Shown here piece after piece: positions 18,001 to 26,873 of a stretch of 52,346 nt of DNA. This DNA comes from a virus (taxonomy: Duplodnaviria > Caudoviricetes): positions 1-52,346 of IMG/VR virus record IMGVR_UViG_3300044708_000075. One strand, 5' to 3'. Position 1 is the first letter of the stretch, and each line of letters opens with the position of its first letter. The notes beneath the pieces were generated by a model. It was given only the letters and a program-made list of their open reading frames with translations, made no database searches and had not been told where the DNA came from. A program made the translations under genes and the position numbers.

Positions 18001-19085
18001 GGCCCGCCGCGCGTGACCAGGCCGGTGACGACGAAGCTCGTTCCACCGTCCATGGTCTCGATGGTGAAGTCGGCGCTCGATCCGAGCGGCTGCGACAGTT
18101 TCCAGATGACGGCGTTGTCGTCGACGCAGAAATCGCGGACCGCTTCGGGGCCCGCAACATAGACCCCCATGTCGTCATAGCCGCCGAGGCTGTCGATCCC
18201 GGTGAGGACGCTGAGCCCGTCAGCTAGATCGAAGACGCGCGTCGGACCGACGAACCACGGGGAATCGGTCGGCGTCTTGGCGTAGGGACCCCCGGGCGGG
18301 CAGGCATAGAGCGCCGAAACCACATCGACGCCTGAGATATATTGCCCGACCGCATAGGCCGTCCCGTCATTCGCGAGTGCCCAGTTCCAGACGGTGCCGG
18401 TGAATGCGTCGCTCGCGAGATTCTCGGCGATGCGCTGCCGGGTTTCCAAGTCCCACCATTCGACTTCCTGCTGACCGCCGACGGCCATGATTCCGCCGGC
18501 CGCGTTCGAATAAGTGCCGTCGGTGATGATCGTGGCGGTAGGCTGCTCGAATGGGAATTGATCCGTCCCAGGCTGCGGGATGAGCGCGATGTCAGGATTG
18601 AGGCCCTTCGGCGCTCGCTCGACCGTGATCCACGTCCCGGGCAAATAGGGCTGGTTCGCGCTCCAGTAGAACCCGGCAGCACCACTGATGCCGCCGAACA
18701 ATGAACTCAGGATTCCCCCAATGCTCCCTCCGCCTCCGCCCCCGAAGCCGCCACCGCCGACGAAGAAGGCGGAAGCGATCCCGCGGAAGCCGACGCAGTC
18801 CTCGCCGCTCGGGCATCCGAGCCGGGTCGCCAGGACGTCGGGCAGGATTTGGTCCGAGAGGCCGGGGAGCCAGTGGACGGTGCCGACGGCGCCGCCCTCC
18901 TTCTTCTTTCCGCCGAACAGGTCCGGCTTGTTAATAGAGATCGTCGACTGCGAGGTGACGTAGCCGGTCCACGCCTCTTTTTCCTTGATGATGATGCGCT
19001 TGATCGCGTCCGCCACGCTGCAGACGCCGTAGTGGATCGACATGTAATAGAGGTCGACCTCGACCTTCGGGCTGCTCTTACCCAC
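15093..19085 (-). CDS. Tail tip / host-specificity protein (gpJ-like) with internal insert and C-terminal LamG/concanavalin-like domain
   Basis: YYMSIHYG, LFGGKKKEGG, DANPAHIIYE.LT..DWGMG, NEINVTW, LERGVLDT; C-terminal HHVAVVR..RLYIDG..NGRFGRVKIS. Confidence 0.85.
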   Translation of the reverse strand: MGKSSPKVEVDLYYMSIHYGVCSVADAIKRIIIKEKEAWTGYVTSQSTISINKPDLFGGKKKEGGAVGTVHWLPGLSDQILPDVLATRLGCPSGEDCVGFRGIASAFFVGGGGFGGGGGGSIGGILSSLFGGISGAAGFYWSANQPYLPGTWITVERAPKGLNPDIALIPQPGTDQFPFEQPTATIITDGTYSNAAGGIMAVGGQQEVEWWDLETRQRIAENLASDAFTGTVWNWALANDGTAYAVGQYISGVDVVSALYACPPGGPYAKTPTDSPWFVGPTRVFDLADGLSVLTGIDSLGGYDDMGVYVAGPEAVRDFCVDDNAVIWKLSQPLGSSADFTIETMDGGTSFVVTGLVTRGGPTDPRFCHVAAYHHFFVVSDGKFYTIDDETGLIKDSGTFSGPDTNVPENDPFKTTFWSAYSEISLEDGTVRRSVDPNDWVVESSGPQEFYDPVNHAIWTQPTTHQTIRFLDRGERDANPAHIIYEALTDTDWGMGSPSTLIDVGSFDAAAQTLFDEPLGISLLWTRQSTIQDFIQEILNHANAVLFVDPQTGLLTLKLIRGDYDPDDLPTIDPSSANLENFGRKLWGEIVNEINVTWTNPDNEQDETVTAQDLASIATQGGLVSDSRNYYGVRYSDLAMRLAMRELRSAGAPLATMQAEVDRSFYFLRPASVLKVDWPEYGLDGIVVRVTSIDYGKPGDPSIKLSLIEDVFGLDAGAYVTPPTSEWEDPSAEPSAMEHQAVFTLPYYFAVNGVTSIAGGEYPDVLAGILASTSNADAYNYELAGQITLADGSTEWDSLATNNILGRATLTADLDAEATSAGVAFTDVVGTTEPVQGGFAIIGDGTEEMTEIALVTATGSTYDLERGVLDTVPRAWPAGTEVWFIDESTLFEDPVTRSAAEEVTYRLLTRTSRGLLPLFAAPLLTHTLDDRPWLPSRPANVKAYGVAFSSADDPIDAIARPDPWVTVDWSNRNRTTEDSQVLSWTDATTAPEADQTTTITVIDGADGTTVLATHDALTGTTFDVPDASFGSAPVVILRTSSERIDADGTFESLQYFDHWVTVGFAGGAEGSAGVGVFSPVGALVAPGALSGSGAGAFSGTGVANSSGAFSGSGSGAMSAVGENGGAPDANTLFLARFQVSPPINEVDSATGTLVGGASCDTGNSQLVCDGTGDWATWAGGSTFDVTTDWTTEFHTNQAAAEVGGTSSRSASGNSRHSFFFDGAGRVKFFADAFSSATALLTSGVVLDGSEHHVAVVRDGGTWRLYIDGVQSATNAWAGAPTTSSDTFFVGTDSLLSSGRDINGRFGRVKISNICRYPSGTSFTPPSRTAT

Positions 19086-19281
19086 GGCGCAGCGCTCCGG
19101 CGACCACGCGCTCGGCCATGGCATCGCCGGTGGCGAGCATGGCTTCGGCGCTCACCCCGTTCTTCAACACATCGCGAAAGTCGAAGCCGTGATCGGTGAA
19201 CCAGCGCTTGGCCCCACTCGCGCAATACCCGGCGCGGCGCACGTCGGTGATCGTGATGACGAGATCGGGGGGCGCATCCAC
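19078..19281 (-). CDS. Small tail assembly protein
   Basis: ITITDVRRAGYCASGAKRWF..HGFDF..GDAMA; position in tail module. Confidence 0.75.
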   Translation of the reverse strand: MDAPPDLVITITDVRRAGYCASGAKRWFTDHGFDFRDVLKNGVSAEAMLATGDAMAERVVAGALRRG

Positions 19282-19287
19282 GCTGAG

Positions 19288-19322
19288 ACTTTGCCCGCGC
19301 GCATGGCGGCGCTGTAGGTTCG
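19288..19322 (-). promoter_or_regulatory. Late promoter motif (leaderless geometry)
   Basis: CGAACCTACA-N19-CAAAGT-N6-GTG(19281). Confidence 0.65.
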
Positions 19323-19325
19323 CGC

Positions 19326-19556
19326 CTAAGCTTTGACCTTCTGCGTCTTGACCTTCTTATCGCCGAACCAAAGGACGTTGAGACCCTTGACCGTTATGGT
19401 CCCGAACGGGACGGGGATCGGGCGCCCGGCATCGGCGGTCGGGTCCTCGAAGTCAGTGGTCGAGTCCGGCTTCGGTGCTTTCGGGTGCGGCAGGAGGACG
19501 ATCGACAGAGCGGCCACCGCGACGGCGATTGCAACGACGATGAACCAGGCGACCAT
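19326..19556 (-). CDS. Short tail assembly protein (gpI-like)
   Basis: Hydrophobic N-terminus, PTADAGRPIPVPFGT..NVLWFGD. Confidence 0.8.
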   Translation of the reverse strand: MVAWFIVVAIAVAVAALSIVLLPHPKAPKPDSTTDFEDPTADAGRPIPVPFGTITVKGLNVLWFGDKKVKTQKVKA

Positions 19557-19565
19557 GGGGCGTCC

Positions 19566-20441
19566 TCAATAATAATTGTTGTACGTGCCGATCGGATTCT
19601 TGACCGGGATCCACGGCTCGCCGCCGTAATTCGGAAGGTTCGTCGGCGTGCTGGCGTCTTCCGGCACATGCAGTCCTTCGCAGTCGCCGCCCTTGGATGC
19701 GAGCGCCTGGTGATTGCAGCCGAGGACAACATCGACGCTCATCGCCACAGTCACATCCTTCGCGATGCCCGAGAGGGAAAGCGTATCGCCGGATATGCGC
19801 AGGATCGTGCGCCGGTCCGTGAGGCCATCGTCGTTGACCCATTCGAGCAGCCCGCCGAGGAACTTCGCCGGATCGAACGCGCCTTCCCAGCCTGCGTCCA
19901 GCGTGACCGTTGCGCCGGTCACTGAAGCGACCGTGGCCGTCACCGTCTTGCTCGCCTTGTCGGCGCGGCATTGCGGTCCGTACAGCTGGTGCGGGCACCC
20001 GTACTGATAGTGCCGCCTCAGACCAGGCCGGCGCAGGGAAGTAGATACGGGCTCGGCCGACAGCACGGCTTCACCACCCTCACGCTGAGCGGCGACGATG
20101 CGGCCCGCCCAAACGACGAGGAATTCGCTGTCGGGATCGCCGATGTGCCCTTGGCGAATGACGAGGCTGACCACATAGGCCGGCGGGTAAACGCGGAATA
20201 ACTCGGCGAGCCCAGTTCCCATGTCGGTGTTGATCTTGATCGCCGATTTGTCGAGCGTGCCGTCGGCGTTGATCGTGTCGCGCTGGATCGGGACCGGCGT
20301 GTAGGTGATGCCGTCCACCGTCTGCTCTTCGGTCGAATCGGTGTATGCGTAATAATCGGACAGCCCAGGCCCGAACGTGAACTTGAACAGCTGGATCGGA
20401 TCGCCAAGCGCCCGACTGCCTTCGAAATCCTCGAAGCTCAT
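19566..20441 (-). CDS. DUF2163/BR0599-type tail hub protein (gpL-like)
   Basis: YQYGCPHQLYGPQC, LGCNH..C..NYGGEPWIP.KNP. Confidence 0.85.
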   Translation of the reverse strand: MSFEDFEGSRALGDPIQLFKFTFGPGLSDYYAYTDSTEEQTVDGITYTPVPIQRDTINADGTLDKSAIKINTDMGTGLAELFRVYPPAYVVSLVIRQGHIGDPDSEFLVVWAGRIVAAQREGGEAVLSAEPVSTSLRRPGLRRHYQYGCPHQLYGPQCRADKASKTVTATVASVTGATVTLDAGWEGAFDPAKFLGGLLEWVNDDGLTDRRTILRISGDTLSLSGIAKDVTVAMSVDVVLGCNHQALASKGGDCEGLHVPEDASTPTNLPNYGGEPWIPVKNPIGTYNNYY

Positions 20442-21643
20442 GAGTAGACCTGCTGAAACGAAAGGCGCGCGCCGGCCGTGAGCGGCGTCCGCCAACTGGT
20501 GACCATGTCATCGGAAGCGAAGCGCGAGAGGTTCATGCGCGAGACGCGCGCGACGTTGCTGCTCGACAGCGCCACGCCCCAGGCCGCGTTCACCGTGACG
20601 AGAGTGTCCAGCCCGCTCGCAGCAATGTCGGTGATGCGCCGATAGAGCGTGGTGCCGCTCGTGAGGCAAACGGCGACGCCTTCGTTGACGGCCGAGTAAT
20701 CCGTGCTGGCGAAGTCGTTGGCGAGCTCCGGACCGTCGGCGAGAAAAGTCGTGGAGCCGGACCCAGGCGTGTCGGCGAGCACGAAATCCTGCTCCCACGT
20801 CGGCAGATAGAAAGCCCCGCGGCGGCCCTTCATCCGGTCGAAGAATTGCTCGAGCTGCGTTGCCAGCGTCAGGCCGAGGCCGTTGTATTCGGCGTCCAGC
20901 GTCCGGCTGTAGCGCAGGATCGGGCGGAACTGGGCCGTGCGGCCGCGCTCATAATCGACCTTGTCGATCGGCCAGATGTGCCCGACCGAAGGCGCGCTCG
21001 CATAATCCGGCTGAGGGGTGAAGACCTCAATGCCGCCGAGGCCGGCCCAGGCGCTTCCAGTCGTGCGCGCCGGCTCTCCGCCTGGATAGCAATCGATGTG
21101 GACGTCGATCGCCGCTGCGTCCCGGTTGAGGCGCGAGGACGTGAGCCTGCCGTCGAACAGGCCGAAGAATGTCGGGCGCAGCACATCGCCGCTGGCCCAA
21201 TTGTGCTCGAGCGGGTCCTCGAGCGTGATTGTCGTTCCCGCCACGCTGGCGACCACGACTTCCTCGATAACTCCGTCCGCGCAGAGGACGAGCGGTTGCC
21301 CAGCGCTCGCCCATACCGGCACTGGCGAAATCGTGAGCGTGTCTGTCGTTGCGAGGCTTGCGTCCGTCAGCCGGGCCCAGCGCGCGAAGTCGGGAACGAC
21401 GACGGGCTTGTCCTGCCACGCGCGGAGATGATGATCCGAGGCCCGTCTAGCATCCCCGCTGACGACCGTTCGGTAGTCCGCCGAGAGCCGCGGCTGATCT
21501 CTGGTCGCGCGGCGCTGCTCGGTTCCGTCGCGGCTCGTGATGATGTCAGTGAGGTACGACCGCTTTACATCGAAGCCGCGGCTCCAATCTGGCGCATAAC
21601 GCCACAGACGGGCAACCGTCGGCGTGTCGACGTCGTAGCTCAC
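20438..21643 (-). CDS. Distal tail protein-like
   Basis: YLTDIITSRDGTEQR, FF.RMKGR..AFYLPTW; follows tape measure. Confidence 0.75.
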   Translation of the reverse strand: MSYDVDTPTVARLWRYAPDWSRGFDVKRSYLTDIITSRDGTEQRRATRDQPRLSADYRTVVSGDARRASDHHLRAWQDKPVVVPDFARWARLTDASLATTDTLTISPVPVWASAGQPLVLCADGVIEEVVVASVAGTTITLEDPLEHNWASGDVLRPTFFGLFDGRLTSSRLNRDAAAIDVHIDCYPGGEPARTTGSAWAGLGGIEVFTPQPDYASAPSVGHIWPIDKVDYERGRTAQFRPILRYSRTLDAEYNGLGLTLATQLEQFFDRMKGRRGAFYLPTWEQDFVLADTPGSGSTTFLADGPELANDFASTDYSAVNEGVAVCLTSGTTLYRRITDIAASGLDTLVTVNAAWGVALSSSNVARVSRMNLSRFASDDMVTSWRTPLTAGARLSFQQVYS

Positions 21644-24600
21644 GAACCGGGCCTGTTGATCTGCGCCTTGTAGTGGCTGGCGTTGTCGCCGACGTGCGCG
21701 ATGATGGCCCGGGAACCGTGGCCGGTCTTGACGCCCCGGGCAATGACATCGCCCGAATCCACGGTCGGATAGAGATTGACCTCCGGCATGGCGCGGATCG
21801 CGGTCTCGACGATGCCCCTGAGTTGCGCGAGGTCGGACGATGAGAAGCCGCCTTCGCCGCCGCGCCGGATCACGTCATTCGACGGCCGAATTCCGCCGCC
21901 GGGAAGCCGCCCGTGCTGGTTCATGTAGGCGAGATTGTCGTAGCCGATAGCGCGTGCCGACTTGGCCTTGATCACGAATTCGTTCGGCGACGTCGGGGTG
22001 AGGATGGTGTCGCTGGTGTCGCCCCCCGGCCCGAAGATGCGCCCACCGCCTGCTTTCGGAGCACCGAGCAGGGTCGCAAGGCTGACGGTGCTGGCCAAAG
22101 CGGCTGCGGCGGGCCCGGCATTCGCGCCGAGGGTGGCAAGGGACGCGAGCGCTGCCGGTCCGGCCCAAGCGGCTCCTGCGGCGGCCGCGGCGGCGGTCGT
22201 GGTGCCGATTGCCGCAGCACCCAGCGCGGCGCCGATGGTATGGAGCTCGATTTGCTGGAGAGCCAGCTTGATCAGGTCGGTGGCGAGAGCCTGAAGCACA
22301 GCCCGCCCGACATCGCCGAGGCTGGTGAAGTTGACGATCGCGTTGGCCAGTGCGTCGTTGAAGGTCGCCAGGCCATGCGCAGCAACGGCTTCTAGGGCTT
22401 CGTCAATGCGCTCCGCGGTGTCAGGAATCGAATTGAAGAAATCCTGCATCGGCGAGGCGTTGCCGCGGGCGTTGCCGGTGTGGGCGTTCGCCTGTTCACG
22501 AGGGAGATCCTGCAAGCGCTGGCGGGCAATAGCCGCATCGGCCTCGGCGCGTTCCGCTGCCGCCAGGTCCTGCGCGCTCTTCGTCCGTTCGGCTTCGGCC
22601 TTGAGCCGGTCGGCGAGCGAAATCTGAGCCTGCAACCGCATCCGCTCTTCTTCGAACTGGATGTCGATCAGGCGGTCTTCGATCCTGCGCCGCTGAGCCG
22701 CCGTGCGCGCGAGCCCTTCCTCGGACTGCAGCAAGTCTTTTTGCGCGTCGAACAGGCCCGTCTGAACGACGAGCGCGTTCTCGTTGCGCGCTTCCTGCTG
22801 GCGGAAAAGCTCCTGCTGCTTCCGGCGCTCGACGAGTTGGTCGCGGAGTTTCGCGCGCTCGTTGTTGATGTCGATGAGCTGCTGAGCTTCCTCGGCGGTA
22901 TATTTGCCTTCGTTCTCTCGCGCCTTGACGTTGTCCTCGTACTTCTGGCGCGCCGCCTCGACCGCCAGATGCTCGATGGTCGCAGCCTCTTCAGCCGAGA
23001 TTCCGAAGTCACGCCGTGCATCGAGGATGTCTGCCTCGAGCGACGCTTTCTCGTTGATGAACTGGCGCAGCCGCTCCTTTTCCTGCTCGATCGTCTGAAC
23101 GAGCGCAGCCGCGCCGCGTGACACCGCGCCGGAACTGTCGCCGATGCGCTTGGCAATGGCCGCCGCGGCGCTCGCGACCGTGCCCTTCAGGAAGGGGTTG
23201 CCGGCGAGCACATCCTTGCTGAGGAATGAACTTGTCTGAGCGCCTGCGCCCGCCGCGAAGAACTTGCTGGCGTCTTTCGATCCGAGCAGGTGGACGGTGT
23301 AGAGATTGGCGGCCGTGATCTTCTGGCCCGCCGTCTTGAGCACCGCGACGTAATCGTCCGTCGCTTTGTCGATCACCGCATCGGCGATAGCGCGGATGTT
23401 GCGGAAGCCGAGCTTGGCCGCATCGCTGAGCGCTGCCTTATCGGGGAACAGCCGGTTGAAATAGCTGAGCCAAGTGCTCGGCATGAATTGCCCGAAGCCT
23501 GCCGCCGACGAACCCATCCGGTTCGGGCCCGTTCCCTCGGCGCCGATCACCGCCTGCTTGAACTGCTCGCGCGGGTTGATCTTCGCGGCTTCCTTCGCGG
23601 CCTCCGCTTGGGCTTCGAGTGCGGCGGCAAGCTTGCGGACCTCGACCGCGTAGGCCTTGACGTCGAGCTGGCCGCTCTTCAGCCGCTTGTTGAGAATTTC
23701 GATATTCGAAGTCGCGGGGACAAAGTCGACGCCGAACGCTGCGGCGTCCTTCGCTGCCTTGGTCATCTCCTCGCGAGCGGCGCTCAGTTGATCAGACATT
23801 GCGGCGAGCGCCGGATTGCCGAGTTCTATATTGCGTAGCGCCGCGAGATATTTCTGCCCGAAGAGATCGGCCTTGGCAGTGAGATCGGCGATCGCCTTGC
23901 CCGCTGCCTCGCCGACAATAATCTGTCCCTTGGTGATGCGGCCCTGCGCTTCGGTGACAGCCTTTTCCAAGTTGGCGATCTGGATCGTGCTCTCGGCGAT
24001 TTGCTTCCCGAGATTCGCAGCGGTGACGGATTGCCCGCCAGCCGCGGCGCCCTGGCCGATACCGACCTGCGGTCTGTTCGCAATCGCAAGCTGGCGCTCT
24101 AGATCAGCCTTGCGCTTCTTCTCGTCCTCGAGGTCCTTCTTCAGCTTGTCGAGATCGGCCTGAGCCTGACGGAGGTCGGCGTTGTCTGTGGCCTCCTGAA
24201 CGGTCAGGCGCTTGCCCAGCTCCTCGTTGAGCTTGTGCTGCCGCTCGATCAGACCGTCGAGCGTCTGCGACCAGATGCGGTCGGCTTCCTCGCTCAGCCG
24301 GGTCTTTGCGGCGTGTTCCTTGAGCTTTTCGACGAGGTCGCCGACCGACTCCGAACTATCCTTGTGCTTGGATATGAAAACGCCGAGAATCGTGATCGCT
24401 CCGAGTAGCGCGGCGCCCCAGCCGGTGGACAGAAAGCTAGCGAAACGAGCTAGCTTTCCCCCTGCGCCAGCGACCGCGTTGGCGACCTGCGGGCCCTGCT
24501 GCGCCAGGATGATGAACGGGCTCGTGCCCATCGAGACCTGAGTGCCGATGTCCGAAATCTGGTAGCCGAGATTGCGGGTGGCCTGCTGGGTCGCCCTGAG

Positions 24601-24888
24601 ACTTCTTTCGGTCTTCTTCGCCCCAGCTTCGACTTTGTTGGCGGTGCCTGAAAAATTGTCGCCAGCGGCGGATGCCCGCTTGAAGGAGTCCGCCAGCCCG
24701 TCCATGCCGCCCGCCGCCTTGAACTCGGCGGCCGACATCTTGATCTGGCCTTTTTCGACGCGCTCGGCACTCTTCGTGACGCGATCCGCGTTCGCTTCGA
24801 ATGACTTTGCCGATTGAGTGACCTTGCCGTCGAAATTATCGACCTTCGCGATCAGTTCAACGACAACGCGGTCCGCATCGTAGGGCAT
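21640..24888 (-). CDS. Tape measure protein with internal lysozyme/lytic-transglycosylase-like domain
   Basis: NLGYQISDIGTQ..QQGPQ, long helical Ala/Glu/Lys region, AE..SSAAGFGQFMPSTW..YTVHLLG, C-terminal GG.I.GPGG.TSD. Confidence 0.92.
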   Translation of the reverse strand: MPYDADRVVVELIAKVDNFDGKVTQSAKSFEANADRVTKSAERVEKGQIKMSAAEFKAAGGMDGLADSFKRASAAGDNFSGTANKVEAGAKKTERSLRATQQATRNLGYQISDIGTQVSMGTSPFIILAQQGPQVANAVAGAGGKLARFASFLSTGWGAALLGAITILGVFISKHKDSSESVGDLVEKLKEHAAKTRLSEEADRIWSQTLDGLIERQHKLNEELGKRLTVQEATDNADLRQAQADLDKLKKDLEDEKKRKADLERQLAIANRPQVGIGQGAAAGGQSVTAANLGKQIAESTIQIANLEKAVTEAQGRITKGQIIVGEAAGKAIADLTAKADLFGQKYLAALRNIELGNPALAAMSDQLSAAREEMTKAAKDAAAFGVDFVPATSNIEILNKRLKSGQLDVKAYAVEVRKLAAALEAQAEAAKEAAKINPREQFKQAVIGAEGTGPNRMGSSAAGFGQFMPSTWLSYFNRLFPDKAALSDAAKLGFRNIRAIADAVIDKATDDYVAVLKTAGQKITAANLYTVHLLGSKDASKFFAAGAGAQTSSFLSKDVLAGNPFLKGTVASAAAAIAKRIGDSSGAVSRGAAALVQTIEQEKERLRQFINEKASLEADILDARRDFGISAEEAATIEHLAVEAARQKYEDNVKARENEGKYTAEEAQQLIDINNERAKLRDQLVERRKQQELFRQQEARNENALVVQTGLFDAQKDLLQSEEGLARTAAQRRRIEDRLIDIQFEEERMRLQAQISLADRLKAEAERTKSAQDLAAAERAEADAAIARQRLQDLPREQANAHTGNARGNASPMQDFFNSIPDTAERIDEALEAVAAHGLATFNDALANAIVNFTSLGDVGRAVLQALATDLIKLALQQIELHTIGAALGAAAIGTTTAAAAAAGAAWAGPAALASLATLGANAGPAAAALASTVSLATLLGAPKAGGGRIFGPGGDTSDTILTPTSPNEFVIKAKSARAIGYDNLAYMNQHGRLPGGGIRPSNDVIRRGGEGGFSSSDLAQLRGIVETAIRAMPEVNLYPTVDSGDVIARGVKTGHGSRAIIAHVGDNASHYKAQINRPGS

Positions 24889-24894
24889 TCTCGC

Positions 24895-24929
24895 AGCCTA
24901 AGGAGCGCCGCAGGGAGGCTGTAGGTTCG
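24895..24929 (-). promoter_or_regulatory. Late promoter motif (leaderless geometry, tape measure)
   Basis: CGAACCTACA-N19-TAGGCT-N6-ATG(24888). Confidence 0.75.
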
Positions 24930-24933
24930 CGGT

Positions 24934-25182
24934 CTAGTGGATCAGACGCGGGTCGGCGTTGATGCGCTCGAGCAGCGGGATCGCGATTGCAGGATCCGGC
25001 GCGTCGACCTCAGTCGAATGGGCCTCATTCCAGTTCCACAGTAGCGCTTCGTACTTCCACAGCGACAGTCGGTCGGCCTGCTCGGGCGGAATGTTCATCA
25101 TCGCGCAGTTGGTGAGCGCTAGGGCGTAGTCGAAGTACCCGTCTTCTCGGCCGCCCGCTCTTGCGCGGGCTGGTCTTTTTTT
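24934..25182 (-). CDS. -1 frameshift extension of tail assembly chaperone (gpGT-like)
   Basis: CCA AAA AAA GAC slippery run (25176..25182); -1 frame open to TAG 24934: ..GYFDYALALTNCAMMNIPPEQADRLSLWKYEALLWNWN.. Confidence 0.75.
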   Translation of the reverse strand, partial: KKRPARARAGGREDGYFDYALALTNCAMMNIPPEQADRLSLWKYEALLWNWNEAHSTEVDAPDPAIAIPLLERINADPRLIH

Positions 25183-25568
25183 GGCGGATCATACCCTACA
25201 ATTACCGCGCCGAGGATCGATGCGGCCATGCTCCAGCTGTCGCTCAGCGGGCGCCCCATGACGTAAGTGTCGACGAGGCGGTTGGCCAGCATAGGCGTGA
25301 CCTTGACCTCTTCCCCATTCACGGTGCCCTTGCCACCGCCGATCAAGGCGTGGCGAACGGTCTCAATGATGTCGAGGGCGTAGAATTCCGCCTGCCCGGG
25401 CGCGAGGATGACATCGTCGCCCACCTGGTGACAGCCCTTGAGCACACGCCCGAACAGCCCGCCGATGCCGATGCCGCACTTGCGCTGGAGCTCGTTAATC
25501 TGTGGGAGCGGTAGCGCGAACGTGTATGAGCCGTCCGCGAACTCAAGTTCGATCGTGTTATCCGGCAT
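25119..25568 (-). CDS. Tail assembly chaperone (gpG-like)
   Basis: FADGSYTFAL..ELQRKCG..ETVRHALIGGG; between tail tube and tape measure. Confidence 0.85.
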   Translation of the reverse strand: MPDNTIELEFADGSYTFALPLPQINELQRKCGIGIGGLFGRVLKGCHQVGDDVILAPGQAEFYALDIIETVRHALIGGGKGTVNGEEVKVTPMLANRLVDTYVMGRPLSDSWSMAASILGAVIVGYDPPKKDQPAQERAAEKTGTSTTP

Positions 25569-26026
25569 TACGACGGGGTGACTTCAGTGAAGCTCCACGG
25601 TCCGTCGGATGCGATCGTCAACGAGAGAGTGGCGAAATTCTCGTCCGCCGAGTTGACCTGCAGGTTCGTGATGATGCCGGAGCCGGAATAGTAGCCCTGG
25701 TAGACCTCATCGTCGGTCGGCTCGGTGAAAAGGTAGCGCCAGTGATGAGGCTGGCCATCGTCCGCGGCCTGGATCGCTTCGAGGTTCGAGCGGTTCATGA
25801 CGCCTTCGCCGGTGAGGTCCCACTGCTCGCTGGTGATGATCAGGTTGCGAACCGGGACGTTCTCGGGATCGGCGCAGTCGCGCGTATTGACGTCGTTCGA
25901 ATTGTGCTGGTGCGTGAAGTTGCGAGTGGTGATGCCGCAGAGGGCGGTGAAGGTCTCCGTCGGCGTGGCCCCGTCGCCCAGCATGAGCGAGAAGTAGGTG
26001 CCGCGTAGGATTTTCGGCTGCGCCAT
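25568..26026 (-). CDS. Major tail tube protein
   Basis: LGDGATPTETFTALCGIT, DCADP, IASDG; RBS ggagg. Confidence 0.88.
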   Translation of the reverse strand: MAQPKILRGTYFSLMLGDGATPTETFTALCGITTRNFTHQHNSNDVNTRDCADPENVPVRNLIITSEQWDLTGEGVMNRSNLEAIQAADDGQPHHWRYLFTEPTDDEVYQGYYSGSGIITNLQVNSADENFATLSLTIASDGPWSFTEVTPS

Positions 26027-26081
26027 CTATAACCTCCGTCAACGGGACGCGCCGCCTCACGGCGGGGCTTGATTTGAGGCG

Positions 26082-26116
26082 AATGTACCTTCGCGCCCTC
26101 TCGCGTTGTAGGTTCG
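26082..26116 (-). promoter_or_regulatory. Late promoter motif (tail tube)
   Basis: CGAACCTACA-N19-TACATT. Confidence 0.75.
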
Positions 26117-26536
26117 TTAGGAAGCGACCGTGGCTTCGAACCGGTTGATGCCGTGCCAGGCCGACGCCTCAGCCGCATCGGGGATAATCTGAGACCCGAC
26201 CCAGCGGATGTGCGCATCGGCGGAGAAGTCGCCGCCAAGGGCCAACGTAACCCCGTCGAGCGCCGAACTCACCGCGAAGTTGATGTCGGCGAGCTCGTCT
26301 TCGAACGTCTCCTTTGAGAAGGAATGGATCGAGAAGCTGATCACCGCTCCGTCGAGGCATTGCCCCTTGAACGGGACCGCGTCGGGTGCGCCGTAGCGGG
26401 TGAACGGCCACGCCAGCTTTGCCGGGGTGCGCATCCCGTAATTCTGGTCTTCCGGCACGAGGTTGGTCAGAACGGTATCAGCCCTGAGGGTCTCGATCAC
26501 TGCCTGTCGCAGCTGGAGGCTCGTGTCGCGCGCCAT
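26117..26536 (-). CDS. Tail terminator (DUF3168-like)
   Basis: LRQAV..LRAD..WPFTRYG..WHGI.RFEA; upstream of tail tube. Confidence 0.8.
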   Translation of the reverse strand: MARDTSLQLRQAVIETLRADTVLTNLVPEDQNYGMRTPAKLAWPFTRYGAPDAVPFKGQCLDGAVISFSIHSFSKETFEDELADINFAVSSALDGVTLALGGDFSADAHIRWVGSQIIPDAAEASAWHGINRFEATVAS

Positions 26537-26544
26537 CGTTGTCG

Positions 26545-26871
26545 TTAGCCGGCGTCATCAGCCACGGTCGGCCGATCAGCGGACCGACGAGCGCGAGAAG
26601 CGTTCGCGTTACCCACTGATGCGCCTGGCTTAGCGTTGGCGGCAGTTGTCGGCCCCTTCCTGCGGCGTGTCCTGACGCGCTTGCCCTTGCCGCCCTTCAC
26701 GGAGCGGGCCGTCGCGTCGATCTTGCCCTCGATAGCATAGCCCTTCTTCGTGGCGTAGTCAGCGATTTCATCCTTGACCAAGCGCTCACCGGTTTCGCTG
26801 AATTCCGTGATCGCGGTCCGGTCGGGCCAGCGGTAATCGAACGGCGTGAGAACGGTGATCCAGCGGGCCAT
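26545..26871 (-). CDS. Hypothetical basic protein in neck module
   Basis: FDYRWP..A..KGYA then Lys/Arg-rich tail. Confidence 0.65.
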   Translation of the reverse strand: MARWITVLTPFDYRWPDRTAITEFSETGERLVKDEIADYATKKGYAIEGKIDATARSVKGGKGKRVRTRRRKGPTTAANAKPGASVGNANASRARRSADRPTVADDAG

Positions 26872-26873
26872 GG

